Shown here piece after piece: positions 38,401-49,671 of a stretch of DNA of 64,000 nt. The translations under genes were made by a program, and so were the position numbers. Numbering within the stretch: the first letter of the stretch is position 1; each line of letters begins with the position of its first letter. Where the stretch lies: positions 32,001-96,000 of the IMG/VR virus record IMGVR_UViG_3300012979_001162. One strand, given 5' to 3'. Below the pieces are notes generated by a model. That model saw only the letters and a program-made list of their open reading frames with translations, did no database searches and was not told the origin of the DNA. The DNA comes from a virus. Its lineage: Duplodnaviria; Caudoviricetes.

Positions 38401-40735
38401 TGCCAAACACTGAAAGCGTGTAGTTACTTGCAATCTGTCGAATATTCATAAAATACGGAGTGCCATCCCATCTGGTGGACGTAATCAACAATCCCTCCGT
38501 TAAGAATCTTGCAAGTTCCTCATCTGACAAACCCTGTAGCCATTCACGATTTGTCATTTGTATACAATATAAAGTGTTAGGGTCTTTGACCTCCAGTGCA
38601 TTATAGTCTACCTGAGAAATGTCTTGCTTAATATATTTGCTTTCCACTACAAACCTCCTCGGCAATCATTACGCTTCTTTGAAGATAGTCAAAAATATCT
38701 CTAGAAGTATGACACCAGAATCTTTCACCGTCTTCATTTTCTGCACATATGCCAATATCTAATAGTGTACCTACCCAAGAATGCTTGGGAATAATATCCT
38801 CGCTATATCCGACAATCTTAATATTTTCTTTACGGCAGTATTGTGCCATCTCATATAAATCATATGATAGCCACGCATTCCACATCTCGTGATAACCTAT
38901 TTCATCACGAAGCAACTTATTCTTAAGGGCTTCTTGAATTTCTTCTGCGTCCTTGCGATACTTGGTATAGAATTCTTTATCAGTCAGTTCTACTTTAAAC
39001 ATAGCAGAACCATCAACCCATTTGCCTTCGTCTTCCAATCTCCATGCTACACAAACTTGAAATGGAGTAACCTCTTTAACGATGTGAGTGCCTAGACAAC
39101 GGCGATTTTCCATTTTCCATCCTTTAATCTCTTGACCAACCTTGAGGTTTTTAGCCGTTACAAATTTAGTATCTTTTCTCATTTGTTTTCCTCCAACATT
39201 TCTTTTGAAATTTGGTTAATTAGTTCTTCTGCGGTATCCGTATCAATCGAATCGCCATAGTTGTACATTTCACCACTGAAACGCTCCTGCATCTTCTGCA
39301 CGGCGTCGGCTTTGATATACTTGACATCATCACGAAGAGTAACAATCTGTCCGCACAAATCATATTGACAACGAGCCTCTCTGTTAATCCGCTCATTCAA
39401 CTTCTCATTCTCCTCGGTAAGTTCATCGCATTTCGAACTCAATTCACGACAAGCAGAATCGGCACAATCATAGGCTTCTTGCCACTTTTGACTTTCCTGG
39501 GCGAGTTCCTTAATCTTATCATGCATTCGCCCCTTATCCATACAAGCATCGAATGTCTGTCTCTTCCAATAATCTTCTGAATCGATGAGTTCCTTGATAA
39601 AAGCAAGAGCATCTTCACACATATCTTCTTTACAATTATGATTAAAACCATTAAGAGTGTAGTGATAAGGGCATATATGACAATTATCACCCTCGTGGTT
39701 TATGCAACACTTCAAAGCCTTTATAATCTGTTCGCGTTCCATTATTCTTCCTCCCATTACATATCATAGTATCCATACGAAAACGAATAAAGCCAACATC
39801 CACATTCCTTGCAATAGGCATCGTATTCAACAATTCCAATACTATCCTCGCGGATAACGTTTCGCTTTTCGATGTTTTTACTGTCTTTACTATGGCAGTC
39901 TTTTTTGTGTTTAAATTGCATATCTTCGTAGTCCAACATCATTCGACTACCTCAACTTCCTCACCAAATTTTTCTCTCAATGCTTCCTCGGCACTTTGAC
40001 GAATTATTTCCATTCTGTCTGGGTTGATAACGAGAGCCAGGGCCAAGTCTGCATTTGCCATTTCCATAATATCTTTAGGAGAGTTTAAGGTTAAATAATA
40101 TTCCTTATAGGTCATTTGTTCCTCCTATACTCATCGAACTCTCTAAACTTATCAGTTGCTCTTCTCAAACTTTCTTGTTCGTTTACCACGCTGTTCCACA
40201 GCTTCTCGCGATACATCTTTTCAAACTCTTCAATCGCATCCTCGATTGTCTCCGCTTCCATAAAATTGTCCCAACAGGCCGTACATCTCCACATATACTT
40301 GGCTCCGCTTTTTTCGTAACGATCCTTATCACGAGAACAGAACTTCTTGGCATAGGTAGGAATATATACTATCTCGTAATCATTACGGTCGTTATAATGA
40401 AACTCATACTTAGGATCTTCGTACACACTTGAATCGCTATATACAGTTATACCGTCATTTACCCAACGAATGCCATGCTTAGTATCTTTAAATCTCAAAT
40501 CACGCACCCTAACATACGACTTTGGATCGAATGTCTGCACGTAAGACGCAATGCTAATTGCGTGTCCTCGCATATCAAATTCTTTATCTGTGATAATTTG
40601 GAACTCGTAGCTTTGAGTGTTGATTATAATGTCAACATCTGATGTGTTGTAGTCTCTTAAGAACGAATCTACTGCGTGTTGAATTTGCTCTTTTGTTAAG
40701 ACATTGGTAAATACGGTAACATCGTATACTTTCAT
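35472..40735 (-). CDS. Run of about 16 small, translationally coupled hypothetical genes (35472-35654, 35651-35983, 35986-36357, 36354-36632, 36625-36918, 36915-37358, 37368-37664, 37665-37826, 37850-38128, 38152-38343, 38348-38665, 38628-39182, 39179-39742, 39757-39942, 39939-40115, 40112-40735)
   Basis: Contiguous - strand ORFs with GGAGG-type RBSs and stop/start overlaps; several carry common phage motifs (GWICPVCG, ALEKQIPKK...CGQALDW, NFERLKSMSVEELA). Confidence 0.65.
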
Positions 40736-40808
40736 TTGTTTATTTCTCCCTCGATTTTTGTGAATTTTTCGCTATAATTGGGTGGAATTTAAAGTTTATT
40801 TCGTATTC

Positions 40809-40890
40809 AATCATTTTGTTGTGTAATAAGTATAGCACCAAAAGTAGATTTTGTCAATATCCTTTGGTGCTAGTTTACAAATTATTTACA
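40809..40890 (-). promoter_or_regulatory. Modular promoter (WalR-type repeat, TTGACA/TATACT, operator)
   Basis: Repeat 40874-40890; motif 40809-40824. Confidence 0.78.
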
Positions 40891-40898
40891 ATTATGAA

Positions 40899-41948
40899 TT
40901 AGATTTCGTCGTCTAACTCATCATCTAATTCTTTTATATCTTTAATGTTCTCTTGAACAATTTCATCCCATATTTTCTTGCCGTGATCCGAGGGTGAATC
41001 CTTGCTTCCGATTGTAATACAATCTCTATAGTCAAACCATTTGATATTCACTTGGCGCATTACGGCACATCTACGCAGCGTATCCGCATTGTCTTTAACC
41101 CATTCTAACTTCAACCCTTCGTCAAACATTAGTACAATGTTCTTTACATTCAGACCGAGCATCAGTTTTGCCTGATACTCGCTAATGCTATGAGAGCCAA
41201 CCGCTACACAATTTCTGATACCCATCGTGTGAAGTTGCATACAGAACTTCTCTGCCTCACCGACATATAAAGTGTCAGCACCGTACAAATATTGATAACT
41301 CTCAGAATAGTTATACAAACACCTAGATATATTTGCGACATAAGGGTCGAGATAAAGATACTTACAATCATATTCTCCTATCTCGTCCTCGTTCAAGCGT
41401 CCTTTGATAGCAACTATACTTCCGTGCTCATCACGCCAAGGAAAGACTATTCTATTCGTGATTGTATCAAACGATATGTTGTAAAACTTTTGAGTTTCAA
41501 GACTAATACCATCTCGAAGAAATCTCAAACTTCCATGTCTTTTATATTGATTAAGAATGTCGTCATCGTAAGTTTTGAGTTCTGCCTGGGCATTCTTTCC
41601 TATATTCTGATATATTCCTCCGAACAAAAGCTTACGTTGTGGAGGTCTCCAGTTGCTATCAAGTCCTAAAAGTTCTCTTGCTTTATTTAATACTTCCTTG
41701 AATTCTACGGATTTCTCAGCACAAATATAAGAGAATATATCCTTGTGGACCGAAGTCACGAAGTCATGGACATTTAAAAATTCGTTATCTTGCAGTCTAA
41801 TGCTAATATTTCGCCCACCCTCTTCAGAGCGAGCGAATCTAATTGATCCATTGCGCATAAGGATGTGAGCGAATCCAAATGACTCCAACAATGGAATGAT
41901 TGTTTCTTGTGGAGACTCAAGCATTAGTTTTTTAATATCTCCTATCAC
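40899..41948 (-). CDS. DNA primase (TOPRIM; YorJ-like)
   Basis: RIVFP...IKGR, KYLY, LYN, GEAEK, FDEG, KDSPSD. Confidence 0.85.
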   Translation of the reverse strand: MIGDIKKLMLESPQETIIPLLESFGFAHILMRNGSIRFARSEEGGRNISIRLQDNEFLNVHDFVTSVHKDIFSYICAEKSVEFKEVLNKARELLGLDSNWRPPQRKLLFGGIYQNIGKNAQAELKTYDDDILNQYKRHGSLRFLRDGISLETQKFYNISFDTITNRIVFPWRDEHGSIVAIKGRLNEDEIGEYDCKYLYLDPYVANISRCLYNYSESYQYLYGADTLYVGEAEKFCMQLHTMGIRNCVAVGSHSISEYQAKLMLGLNVKNIVLMFDEGLKLEWVKDNADTLRRCAVMRQVNIKWFDYRDCITIGSKDSPSDHGKKIWDEIVQENIKDIKELDDELDDEI

Positions 41949-41983
41949 TCACACCCTCACCTCCAATCATTGTGTATTGTTAA

Positions 41984-43219
41984 TTAATCTTCTTCTTCGT
42001 ATCTATATTCTATCGCCTTCAACTCGCACCACTTAATCAGCCATTCCTCAAGACCATCCTCACGATGCTCAAGGTATCTAAGTCCGCAACTTCTAAATTC
42101 GAAGCAAGGCTCTCTGCGATTCCACTCCAGGTGTCCGATACTAAAGCAATATTCACTATCACTTTCTCTGTGTTTCTCCCACTTCACAAGGTCAAAGTTC
42201 CACTTGTGGTAGTCGGGCGTGGGCGGATCTCCGACGAAGGTGCATTTGCGGATTTCAAAATTCTTAAATCTCATTGGCACTCCACCCCTTCTCTTTCAGA
42301 GTTCTAATTAATCCAAGTTGTTTAATGAGTTGTTTATGTTGCTTCCACGTATCATTCATTTTATTGGTTACATACTCTTCATCAAGATTGCCAAATACTC
42401 TATCTCCAATAGAATAATAAGCATCAAACCCACGTTTCTTGTCTGTTGCCATCACATAGTCAATTGAACCGTCTTCCATCTCTACTGTTAATTCGTAGAA
42501 TCCACGCCGTTTACATTCACTGCAAGTGCAAACTGCCGTAATGGTTCCGGTAAGACCATCGGATGCAATCACCTTGTCTCCAACCTTAAACACATAACGA
42601 AACAACTCAATATCCTCATCACTCATAAGCAGAAAGTCTTGCAAATAGTGCTTTTTAACAAGTTCATCCTTAACTTCTGCTAGTTTCTTTGCACAATCTT
42701 CACAAATATCTTTGCTACCAATTTGTTCAATAACGTGCCCTTTGCCATCGTGCACATATAGTGGCATCGCTATAGCAATTTTAGTCTCTTTGCCGCATCT
42801 GTCACAAAAGTACTTAATCATTGTTGTTCTCCTTAATCGCAATCTAAAATAATAACCTTATCTGAATATCCAATGTCCGCAATGCCAGATATATCAAACC
42901 AATTGTACTCGGGCCATAAATGGTCAACATCACATTTTGATGTATCGGCATAGCAACCTTTGACCTCAAAGTCTGGATTTTTTAGTAGAAGTTCTGCTAA
43001 ATCTTTTGCCTTCATCTTTCGTTTCTCCTTCTCTTACGGTGCAATACCTACATCCCATTCGTATTCGTCGTCGCCTTCATATTCTTTTACCCATTTTTTG
43101 TACTCGTCTCCAAGTAGAACTCGGACCATTTGGTCAATGACCCACATCTTGTGGTGACCACCATCAATCTGCCCGTATGTCCATGCGAGGTCAAGAGCAT
43201 CTTCAATTCTTTTCTCCAT
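41984..43219 (-). CDS. Four small hypothetical genes (41984-42274, 42264-42821, 42833-43015, 43034-43219)
   Basis: RBS-bearing ORFs between primase and helicase. Confidence 0.6.
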
Positions 43220-43232
43220 TTTCGCTTCTCCT

Positions 43233-43314
43233 AATCATTTTGTTGTGTAATAATAATAGTACCATTTCCTCAATTTGTCAAGGTATTTGGTAGTTTGTTT
43301 ACAATTTCTTTACA
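43233..43314 (-). promoter_or_regulatory. Modular promoter (WalR-type repeat, TTGACA/TATTAT, operator)
   Basis: Repeat 43298-43314; motif 43233-43248. Confidence 0.78.
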
Positions 43315-43315
43315 A

Positions 43316-44875
43316 TTACTGAATGTATCCATGCTTAAATTTCGCTTTTGCTGCATCCGACCAAAGACCCCACGCACCTTGGAATGAGAAAATATATCCT
43401 ATACCAGTATCTGAACTTACTGCCCCCGATGAACGACTCTTCTCGATAAACACCGCTCTATATACCATATCGTCTTTAGGTTGCCATCCAACATTCTCCC
43501 ATTGATTGGTATTCTTGTTAAATACAGTCTTGAATGGGTTGCAATAGAACTTGCTCGAAGGATCAAACTCCTCTTGATACATTGAACGACATAGAATCAT
43601 CAAGTCACATACCTCTTTAATCTGTTTGCTCATTGATAATACAGAACTATCGAGAAATAATTTTCCAAGTGTATTAATTGCCAACTGTAAAGTACAGATT
43701 ACCTGAGTGCCAGGATACTTACGGGAAAGTGTCTCAAATCTACGGCTATCTTGAATAAGAGAAAGCCAACTATTGTCATTATTGGTTGACAAATCTATTT
43801 TGAATGTGTCATAAACACACGTATTTACGCCCCTATTGAGAATATACAAACGCATCTTCTTGATTGCGAGACCAACATCGCTATCTGGAATACTGATAAA
43901 ATAAAGTTGACCTTTATATCTCTTTCTCCAATACTCCTGTGCTTTAGTAATATATTCCCTATCTTCTTTGCTAATGTTTCCGTTGATTAGTTTGGTCTTT
44001 GTTAAGTTATAATAGTTGAAATGCTTAGTCAATATTAATAAAAGGAAACCAATTTTAAACGCTTTGGATCTCTGCTCATTGGAAATTATCATACACTTAC
44101 GACCCTCGTGCATCATCGACATAAGGATGCTGAGAACCATCGTTGTTTTTCCGACATTTGAATAACCACCTATAATAGTCATTCCGTCCGGAATACCATT
44201 TACTTGCTTTGAGAAGTATCTCAAGGCTTCTACTGGGTTGCCCATATAATCATCATCAAAGTATTCAAACGGAGTACCTGCCTCTTCTCCTCTTTCCAGA
44301 GATTCAATGAATTCGTCTGTGATATCTAATTCTTCTTCTTCAAGAACCTTGCTTGAATATCCCGTACCAAAACTTTCAAGCTTCGAAGTATACCAGTCCG
44401 TAACCTGTTCGCTCGACATTTTAGCAAAAAGTTTCAATGGGTTAATTGTCTTTCCCTCATACTGAATTGGCTCAAGCAGATTAAAACCAAACTTATGCAT
44501 ATCAATAATCATATTTGATTTCAGAAGATTATCGAGGTAACTTTCGTAGTTCTGGTTATTTACGCAATCTGCCATATTCTTAATTGCCTTGAAGCCACCG
44601 CTTTCTTCAAGTTTCTCTCTTACATCTTCTGATATATATGTTAAAACGGACACCTCATCAAACACCGTACATTTTTTATCTCTAAGTGTTTTCAAGATAC
44701 CGTAAATTAATCTTGCATCCTTTGTTAAAAACTTAGAACTATCGATATTAGTGTCCTCTACAAGCAACATATCATTGACCATACTTCCGATGACATTTGC
44801 TTCAATATTAACACGCCCCTCAAGTAACTCCTTGGGGATTTTATCGGTAACTCCACTTATGTATAAATTATTCAT
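43316..44875 (-). CDS. Replicative DnaB-like helicase (YorI-like)
   Basis: GGYSNVGKTT Walker A, ISNE, VYDTFK, TLQL, KQIKEV, EKSR. Confidence 0.88.
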   Translation of the reverse strand: MNNLYISGVTDKIPKELLEGRVNIEANVIGSMVNDMLLVEDTNIDSSKFLTKDARLIYGILKTLRDKKCTVFDEVSVLTYISEDVREKLEESGGFKAIKNMADCVNNQNYESYLDNLLKSNMIIDMHKFGFNLLEPIQYEGKTINPLKLFAKMSSEQVTDWYTSKLESFGTGYSSKVLEEEELDITDEFIESLERGEEAGTPFEYFDDDYMGNPVEALRYFSKQVNGIPDGMTIIGGYSNVGKTTMVLSILMSMMHEGRKCMIISNEQRSKAFKIGFLLLILTKHFNYYNLTKTKLINGNISKEDREYITKAQEYWRKRYKGQLYFISIPDSDVGLAIKKMRLYILNRGVNTCVYDTFKIDLSTNNDNSWLSLIQDSRRFETLSRKYPGTQVICTLQLAINTLGKLFLDSSVLSMSKQIKEVCDLMILCRSMYQEEFDPSSKFYCNPFKTVFNKNTNQWENVGWQPKDDMVYRAVFIEKSRSSGAVSSDTGIGYIFSFQGAWGLWSDAAKAKFKHGYIQ

Positions 44876-45372
44876 TAACAATCCTCCTCAAAGTCCAAAA
44901 GAGCTCGTCTAGTCCTTGGTTTATATTTTGTTTCATAATGCTCTTCCACTACAACTTTAGGCGGAGCAACTTCAATTGCTTTCGGTACAAATGCCTTAAT
45001 TTTATCCCTAATTATTGCCGACAAATAGCGTATACGCGCGTATTCAGAACTCTGCAACCTAGCAATCACCGAAGTTAAGTAATCTTTATTTTCTGCTAAG
45101 TACTTAGCGATTTTTGCATTATCTGCGACCTTATTCCAGACCTGCCACTCCTTGAAAAGTGCAGTCGATATAATTTCCTTCTCGCCCATAATATCGCATA
45201 TCAAACGATACACTCTATCCCTATCCTCGGCTACCTTCTTCTTGCGTTCTTCCTCTGCTTCGAACTCGGCTTCGCTGCAAAAGTACTTATTCTTCCCATT
45301 CTTATCTGTGACCTTATATGCCGTAGCAGTATCAAGCTCCGTGCCACAGATTTTACACTTTGCTTTTGCCAT
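44875..45372 (-). CDS. Zn-finger protein upstream of helicase (YorH-like position)
   Basis: CKIC...YFCS; synteny with SPbeta replication block. Confidence 0.6.
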   Translation of the reverse strand: MAKAKCKICGTELDTATAYKVTDKNGKNKYFCSEAEFEAEEERKKKVAEDRDRVYRLICDIMGEKEIISTALFKEWQVWNKVADNAKIAKYLAENKDYLTSVIARLQSSEYARIRYLSAIIRDKIKAFVPKAIEVAPPKVVVEEHYETKYKPRTRRALLDFEEDC

Positions 45373-45373
45373 C

Positions 45374-46517
45374 TCAACCCACCTCTCTCACCGGAACTGC
45401 TGTAAAATCAAGAGTTTCTTCTGCGTGATCATTATAATAAGTCACACTAGCAACTCTATACAATTTGCCATTATACTTGATTATATCGGTGTCCGACTCC
45501 TTATCGAAGAGAGCCTCAAGATAACCAACCTTTTTTTGGAGCTCCTTATTATTACGTGTTTCCACGAGCAATCTATTTCTAAGATTATCGCATTCCTCTC
45601 TGCGATTTGTTAACTCTGTTAGCACCGTATCTAAAGTACGTCTATCTATTTTAGTTACTTCATCTTTTGCCATCTCAATTCCTCCTTAATCATCGCAATA
45701 TTCAATCTTGATTCTATACTTATCAGGTTTGTCCTCACTAAGAAAGTCTTCCTTGAAAGATAAAATTAAATCTCCGTTGTCATCCTCGACAACCTTACTT
45801 TCAAATATAGTATAATTGCCATTTTCGTCTGGCTTATCGCACATTATTCCATCCCATTCCTCAAGCGCATATCTAATCTGATTTTCTACTTCGTACTTCT
45901 TAAGCATAATTTACTCCAATCCATCCCAGTGACCATACTTCTCATACATTGTCTGACGGTCATACTCCAAACTGTTTTCTGCATATTCTTTGCTCGTGCA
46001 AATCATCCTCGTAAAAGGATCTTCGCAAAGCCCATAACCATCTACGTGCTTCTGCACAATCGCCCACACCTCCTCAAAAGTATATGGACCATTATGGGTC
46101 ATCGTCAGAATCTCAAAATCTAACAATATGCTAACCGCCACCTTCTGCATAGTATGCGTAATTTTCTTCTGTTTCATTTTCTTCTCCTTATGTCAAAAAT
46201 TGGGGCAGTGGCTTTCACCACCACCCCTGTTTCAGAAGCAATATATGATATCGCTCCAAGTAGCCTTAATTTAGGAATCGTTCCTCAAGTTCTGCAATGT
46301 CCATCTCTTCCATATGGTCAAAGCCTGGTATATGGATTGATATATCTTCATCCATCTCAAGTAACTGCCTCGTAAGATTCAGTACGGTTGAAACGCCGAA
46401 ATCATATGCCTTTCTTTCAGAATCGGTCATACCTTTACACACACCGGTTTCAATCTTCTTAAGTAGCTTTTCTACTTCGTTAGGAACATCCATTGCGTTA
46501 AAAAGTAGTTCATTCAT
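45374..46517 (-). CDS. Four small hypothetical genes (45374-45673, 45686-45907, 45911-46177, 46266-46517)
   Basis: RBS-bearing ORFs. Confidence 0.6.
46196..46229 (-). terminator. Intrinsic terminator
   Basis: GGGGTGGTGG-TGAAAG-CCACTGCCCC followed by AATTTTT. Confidence 0.7.
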
Positions 46518-46519
46518 AA

Positions 46520-47782
46520 TTAAACCTCGTCGTTAAGTCCAAGAATCTCCTCGATAGCAAGGACGTCATTAGTCTTCATCTCTGCGCTGAGCTTATTCGA
46601 ATAAGCTACAAGATGTGCCTTAACCTTTGACTTAGTAGTCGCATCACTCGCCTTGAATGCTGCTCTAATTGCATTAAGTCTGTCGTCATCAAGAGTAATC
46701 ATTTCGTCCTCGTCTGCAATTTCTTCCTCAGGGAAGATGTCGTCAATCTCTTCTTCTACATCAAAGGGAGGAGTTGTATCCTCAACCACTTCATTCTTCT
46801 CCTCAACCTTTGCAACCACTGCCTTAAGCTGTTCCATAAGTTCGTCGTCCTCTTCCTCTGCTACGGGCTCCGTCTTCTTAGTAGCCTTCTTGGTTGTGGT
46901 CTTCTTAGTAGCAGGAGCAACACCGCCATTCTTTCTTTCAGCCTCGATAGCGTCCTTAATTGCCTGAATAAACTCGTCGCAATCAAGATTGATTTCGTCA
47001 GTGATATACTTAAATCTGCTCTTTGCATCTGCAACAAGAGCATCGTCTCTGAACTTAATCTTACGAGTCTCGTCAATTACTGCCTTACGCTCCTTCTTCT
47101 TCTTGGTCATAGGATTGGCATCTCCTACTTCCTGCTTCTCAATGCTTCTATCAAAATATCCGAAACCAATTACATGACTAGAATTCTTAATGCTGTTGAA
47201 ATACTTCATAGGCATATTAGCAGTAAGAGAAGTGTAATTAGCACCGGTGAACAAATCAGACTGATCCTTCTCCTTAACGTGAGATGTCCAATAAGTCTTT
47301 ACACCTACCTTTTCAAGTCTCGTAATTTCCTTCTTAACAGTGTCGATAACACGATCCATACCTTTACCGAAACCACCTTCAACACTATTGATACTGGTGG
47401 ACTTGGTGAAATCCTTCTTACTAATATTTTCTCTGTTCCACGCATCAATTGTATATGCCTCCGCAATTTCAAATGCAGCATCAAGAGTATCAAGAACCAC
47501 AACCTTAAGGTCTGGATAATCCGAATCCTTATTCTTTACGATATCATCAACAACTTCCTTCATCTTCTTCCAAGTAGGAACAGACTCTGCAACTACACCC
47601 TCGATTGCAGACACACCGTCCTCGGTTCCCATATCCAAAACAATATAGCCTTCAGAACCAAACTCCTTCTCGCAAATCTGATACATCAAAGTTGTCTTAC
47701 CAAATCCACTGGGGGCCATAATGCCTACCATATAATCATTAATATTAGTACTTACACTAACTTTCTTTCCAAACTTACCCAT
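46520..47782 (-). CDS. AAA_24/Sak4-like ATPase with acidic tail (YorG-like)
   Basis: APSGFGKTT, EDG, VVLDTLD, GGFGKG, SHVK, KSRF. Confidence 0.8.
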   Translation of the reverse strand: MGKFGKKVSVSTNINDYMVGIMAPSGFGKTTLMYQICEKEFGSEGYIVLDMGTEDGVSAIEGVVAESVPTWKKMKEVVDDIVKNKDSDYPDLKVVVLDTLDAAFEIAEAYTIDAWNRENISKKDFTKSTSINSVEGGFGKGMDRVIDTVKKEITRLEKVGVKTYWTSHVKEKDQSDLFTGANYTSLTANMPMKYFNSIKNSSHVIGFGYFDRSIEKQEVGDANPMTKKKKERKAVIDETRKIKFRDDALVADAKSRFKYITDEINLDCDEFIQAIKDAIEAERKNGGVAPATKKTTTKKATKKTEPVAEEEDDELMEQLKAVVAKVEEKNEVVEDTTPPFDVEEEIDDIFPEEEIADEDEMITLDDDRLNAIRAAFKASDATTKSKVKAHLVAYSNKLSAEMKTNDVLAIEEILGLNDEV

Positions 47783-47816
47783 TGTTTTATCTCCTTTTAA
47801 TCATTTTAAATTGTAA

Positions 47817-48935
47817 TTATATATCTTCGTCCTCGTCTTCATCTTCGGGGAACACATCTTCAGGTTCATCACTAACGATAGGCAACTTCTTAAGGTCTTC
47901 CTCGGTATAAACTGTCGCTTCGCTTCCCTTAGCGCTATTTCTTGCAAGAGACTGAACTCTATACTCTGTGATTCTCTCTCCGTACATACTACCGCCAAGA
48001 GCCTTAATAGCGTCCTCAAGTTCAATAAGACCCATATCAATGTTATCTCTGGTGTCTTCGTCAAGGTCATCATATGTGATAGCCTGTTCCTCAGCACCGT
48101 CGATCATCTGACATACAAGTCCACACTTTCTAACAGTTGCCTCATCGTCAAACGCCGTAAGCTTCTTCTTAAAGCCCATAGCCTTCTTCTCTGCCTTCTC
48201 ATCTCCGTTACCATTGATAACAAGAGTCATAGGCACAAATCTATTCTCCTTAATAGAACTAAAGTAATAATCAGTATAACAGTTGAAAAGCATCTTCTTA
48301 TTTTCATCATAAGACTCATCATCAATCGCATCCTCAGTATAGAATGTATTAATTGTCATCTCTGCCTTGTAGGGGGTGTCGTCTGGAACCTTGTACATTT
48401 TATCAACAGAAAGCGTTCTGTAATATTGACCCTTGCTCTCGCTATATTGGAAGTCTACTGTGCCGAGAATTCTAAACTTTACGCCATCATATTTGCCGCT
48501 GTCCACAACCTTCTTCACAAGTGTTGCAAACTCCGTCTTCTCAAGGAACTGATGATTCTTCTTCTTTGCATCGTCTTCCTTTCCTTCTTTTTTAAGAGCC
48601 TCTCTCTCGTCGAAAGTCAGAAGGTTGCAAGTATAAATTCTAAATCCCGCTACTTTATCAATAATTTCAGGATTCTTTCTGTCTTCCCACTTAACCTCAA
48701 GTTTTTCAGGCTTCTTGCCGGTCTCTGCTCTTGTGAAGGTAAGGATACGATTTTTCTTGTCGTCCTTCCACTTGCCGCCTCCAATTTCTAACATGAAACG
48801 GTTGTTTCCCGAAATTGCATTAAAACGATATTTCGTATTCTGCCATCCGCTCTCGAAATCACGTACTTCGAGCGCCTTAAAATTGTCGCTGTCCTTTACA
48901 GCTTTGAGTGTTGCAATAATCTCAAAATTTGCCAT
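47817..48935 (-). CDS. Probable ssDNA-binding/replication protein (YorF-like position)
   Basis: Beta-rich body, strongly acidic C-terminus, upstream of the AAA ATPase. Confidence 0.5.
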   Translation of the reverse strand: MANFEIIATLKAVKDSDNFKALEVRDFESGWQNTKYRFNAISGNNRFMLEIGGGKWKDDKKNRILTFTRAETGKKPEKLEVKWEDRKNPEIIDKVAGFRIYTCNLLTFDEREALKKEGKEDDAKKKNHQFLEKTEFATLVKKVVDSGKYDGVKFRILGTVDFQYSESKGQYYRTLSVDKMYKVPDDTPYKAEMTINTFYTEDAIDDESYDENKKMLFNCYTDYYFSSIKENRFVPMTLVINGNGDEKAEKKAMGFKKKLTAFDDEATVRKCGLVCQMIDGAEEQAITYDDLDEDTRDNIDMGLIELEDAIKALGGSMYGERITEYRVQSLARNSAKGSEATVYTEEDLKKLPIVSDEPEDVFPEDEDEDEDI

Positions 48936-48974
48936 AATTTCTTTTCTCCTTTTAATTAATCATTTTGTATTGTT

Positions 48975-49175
48975 TTAAAAATATTTTGGATCTAAATTTA
49001 CATTATAATACATATAAACATCTTCTTTGTTTTCACCACACCAAAGATGTTTTGTCTCATCCCGGCAACACGGGCATCGAGTCTCTATATATAAATCGTC
49101 TTCCGACACATTATGTATTTTTGTTCGGTGAACTTCGCCGCAAACTTGGCATTGTACATACACCTTATCCCCCAT
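48975..49175 (-). CDS. Small Zn-ribbon protein
   Basis: CQVCG...CPCC; AGGAGG RBS. Confidence 0.6.
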   Translation of the reverse strand: MGDKVYVQCQVCGEVHRTKIHNVSEDDLYIETRCPCCRDETKHLWCGENKEDVYMYYNVNLDPKYF

Positions 49176-49197
49176 AAATTAGCCCTCCTTTCGTGGT

Positions 49198-49287
49198 AAT
49201 CATTTTGTTCCCTTAGGTTACTCATATAATACCACAAAAGAAGGTGTTTGTCAATACTTTATGTTATTTATTTACATTTTGTTTACA
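49198..49287 (-). promoter_or_regulatory. Modular promoter of the replication operon
   Basis: Repeat 49271-49287, 16 bp, TTGACA-17-TATTAT; partial motif at 49198. Confidence 0.75.
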
Positions 49288-49523
49288 ATTGTGATTGTCA
49301 TCATCTTATCTCGCACCGTGTATGCGTTCTCATAAACCCAAAAATCCACCGCTTCCTGTTTATATACGAATAATTCTCTCCCTTTAATTACAATACCAAT
49401 CCTATGTTCATCATTGATGATTTGTGCGTTGTCGCAGTCGTATTGCTGCTCCTCAAACAGTGCATGATTAATTACTACCCTGCAGTTTTTATTTTGTAGT
49501 TGGTCCCATAGTTCAAATCTCAT
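49272..49523 (-). CDS. Hypothetical protein (83 aa)
   Basis: Start MRFELW; upstream TTGAAT-18-TATAAT promoter. Confidence 0.55.
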   Translation of the reverse strand: MRFELWDQLQNKNCRVVINHALFEEQQYDCDNAQIINDEHRIGIVIKGRELFVYKQEAVDFWVYENAYTVRDKMMTITIVNKM

Positions 49524-49671
49524 CAATTTCTCTTCCCCTTTGTCAATCAATATATTGTTATGTACATTATACACCGAACACCCATTCGGATTCAATGCAT
49601 AATTTATGGTAAAATTATGAATAATGTGACTTTTTTGCCTTCATCATACATAATATGGCGTTTTTGGAATA

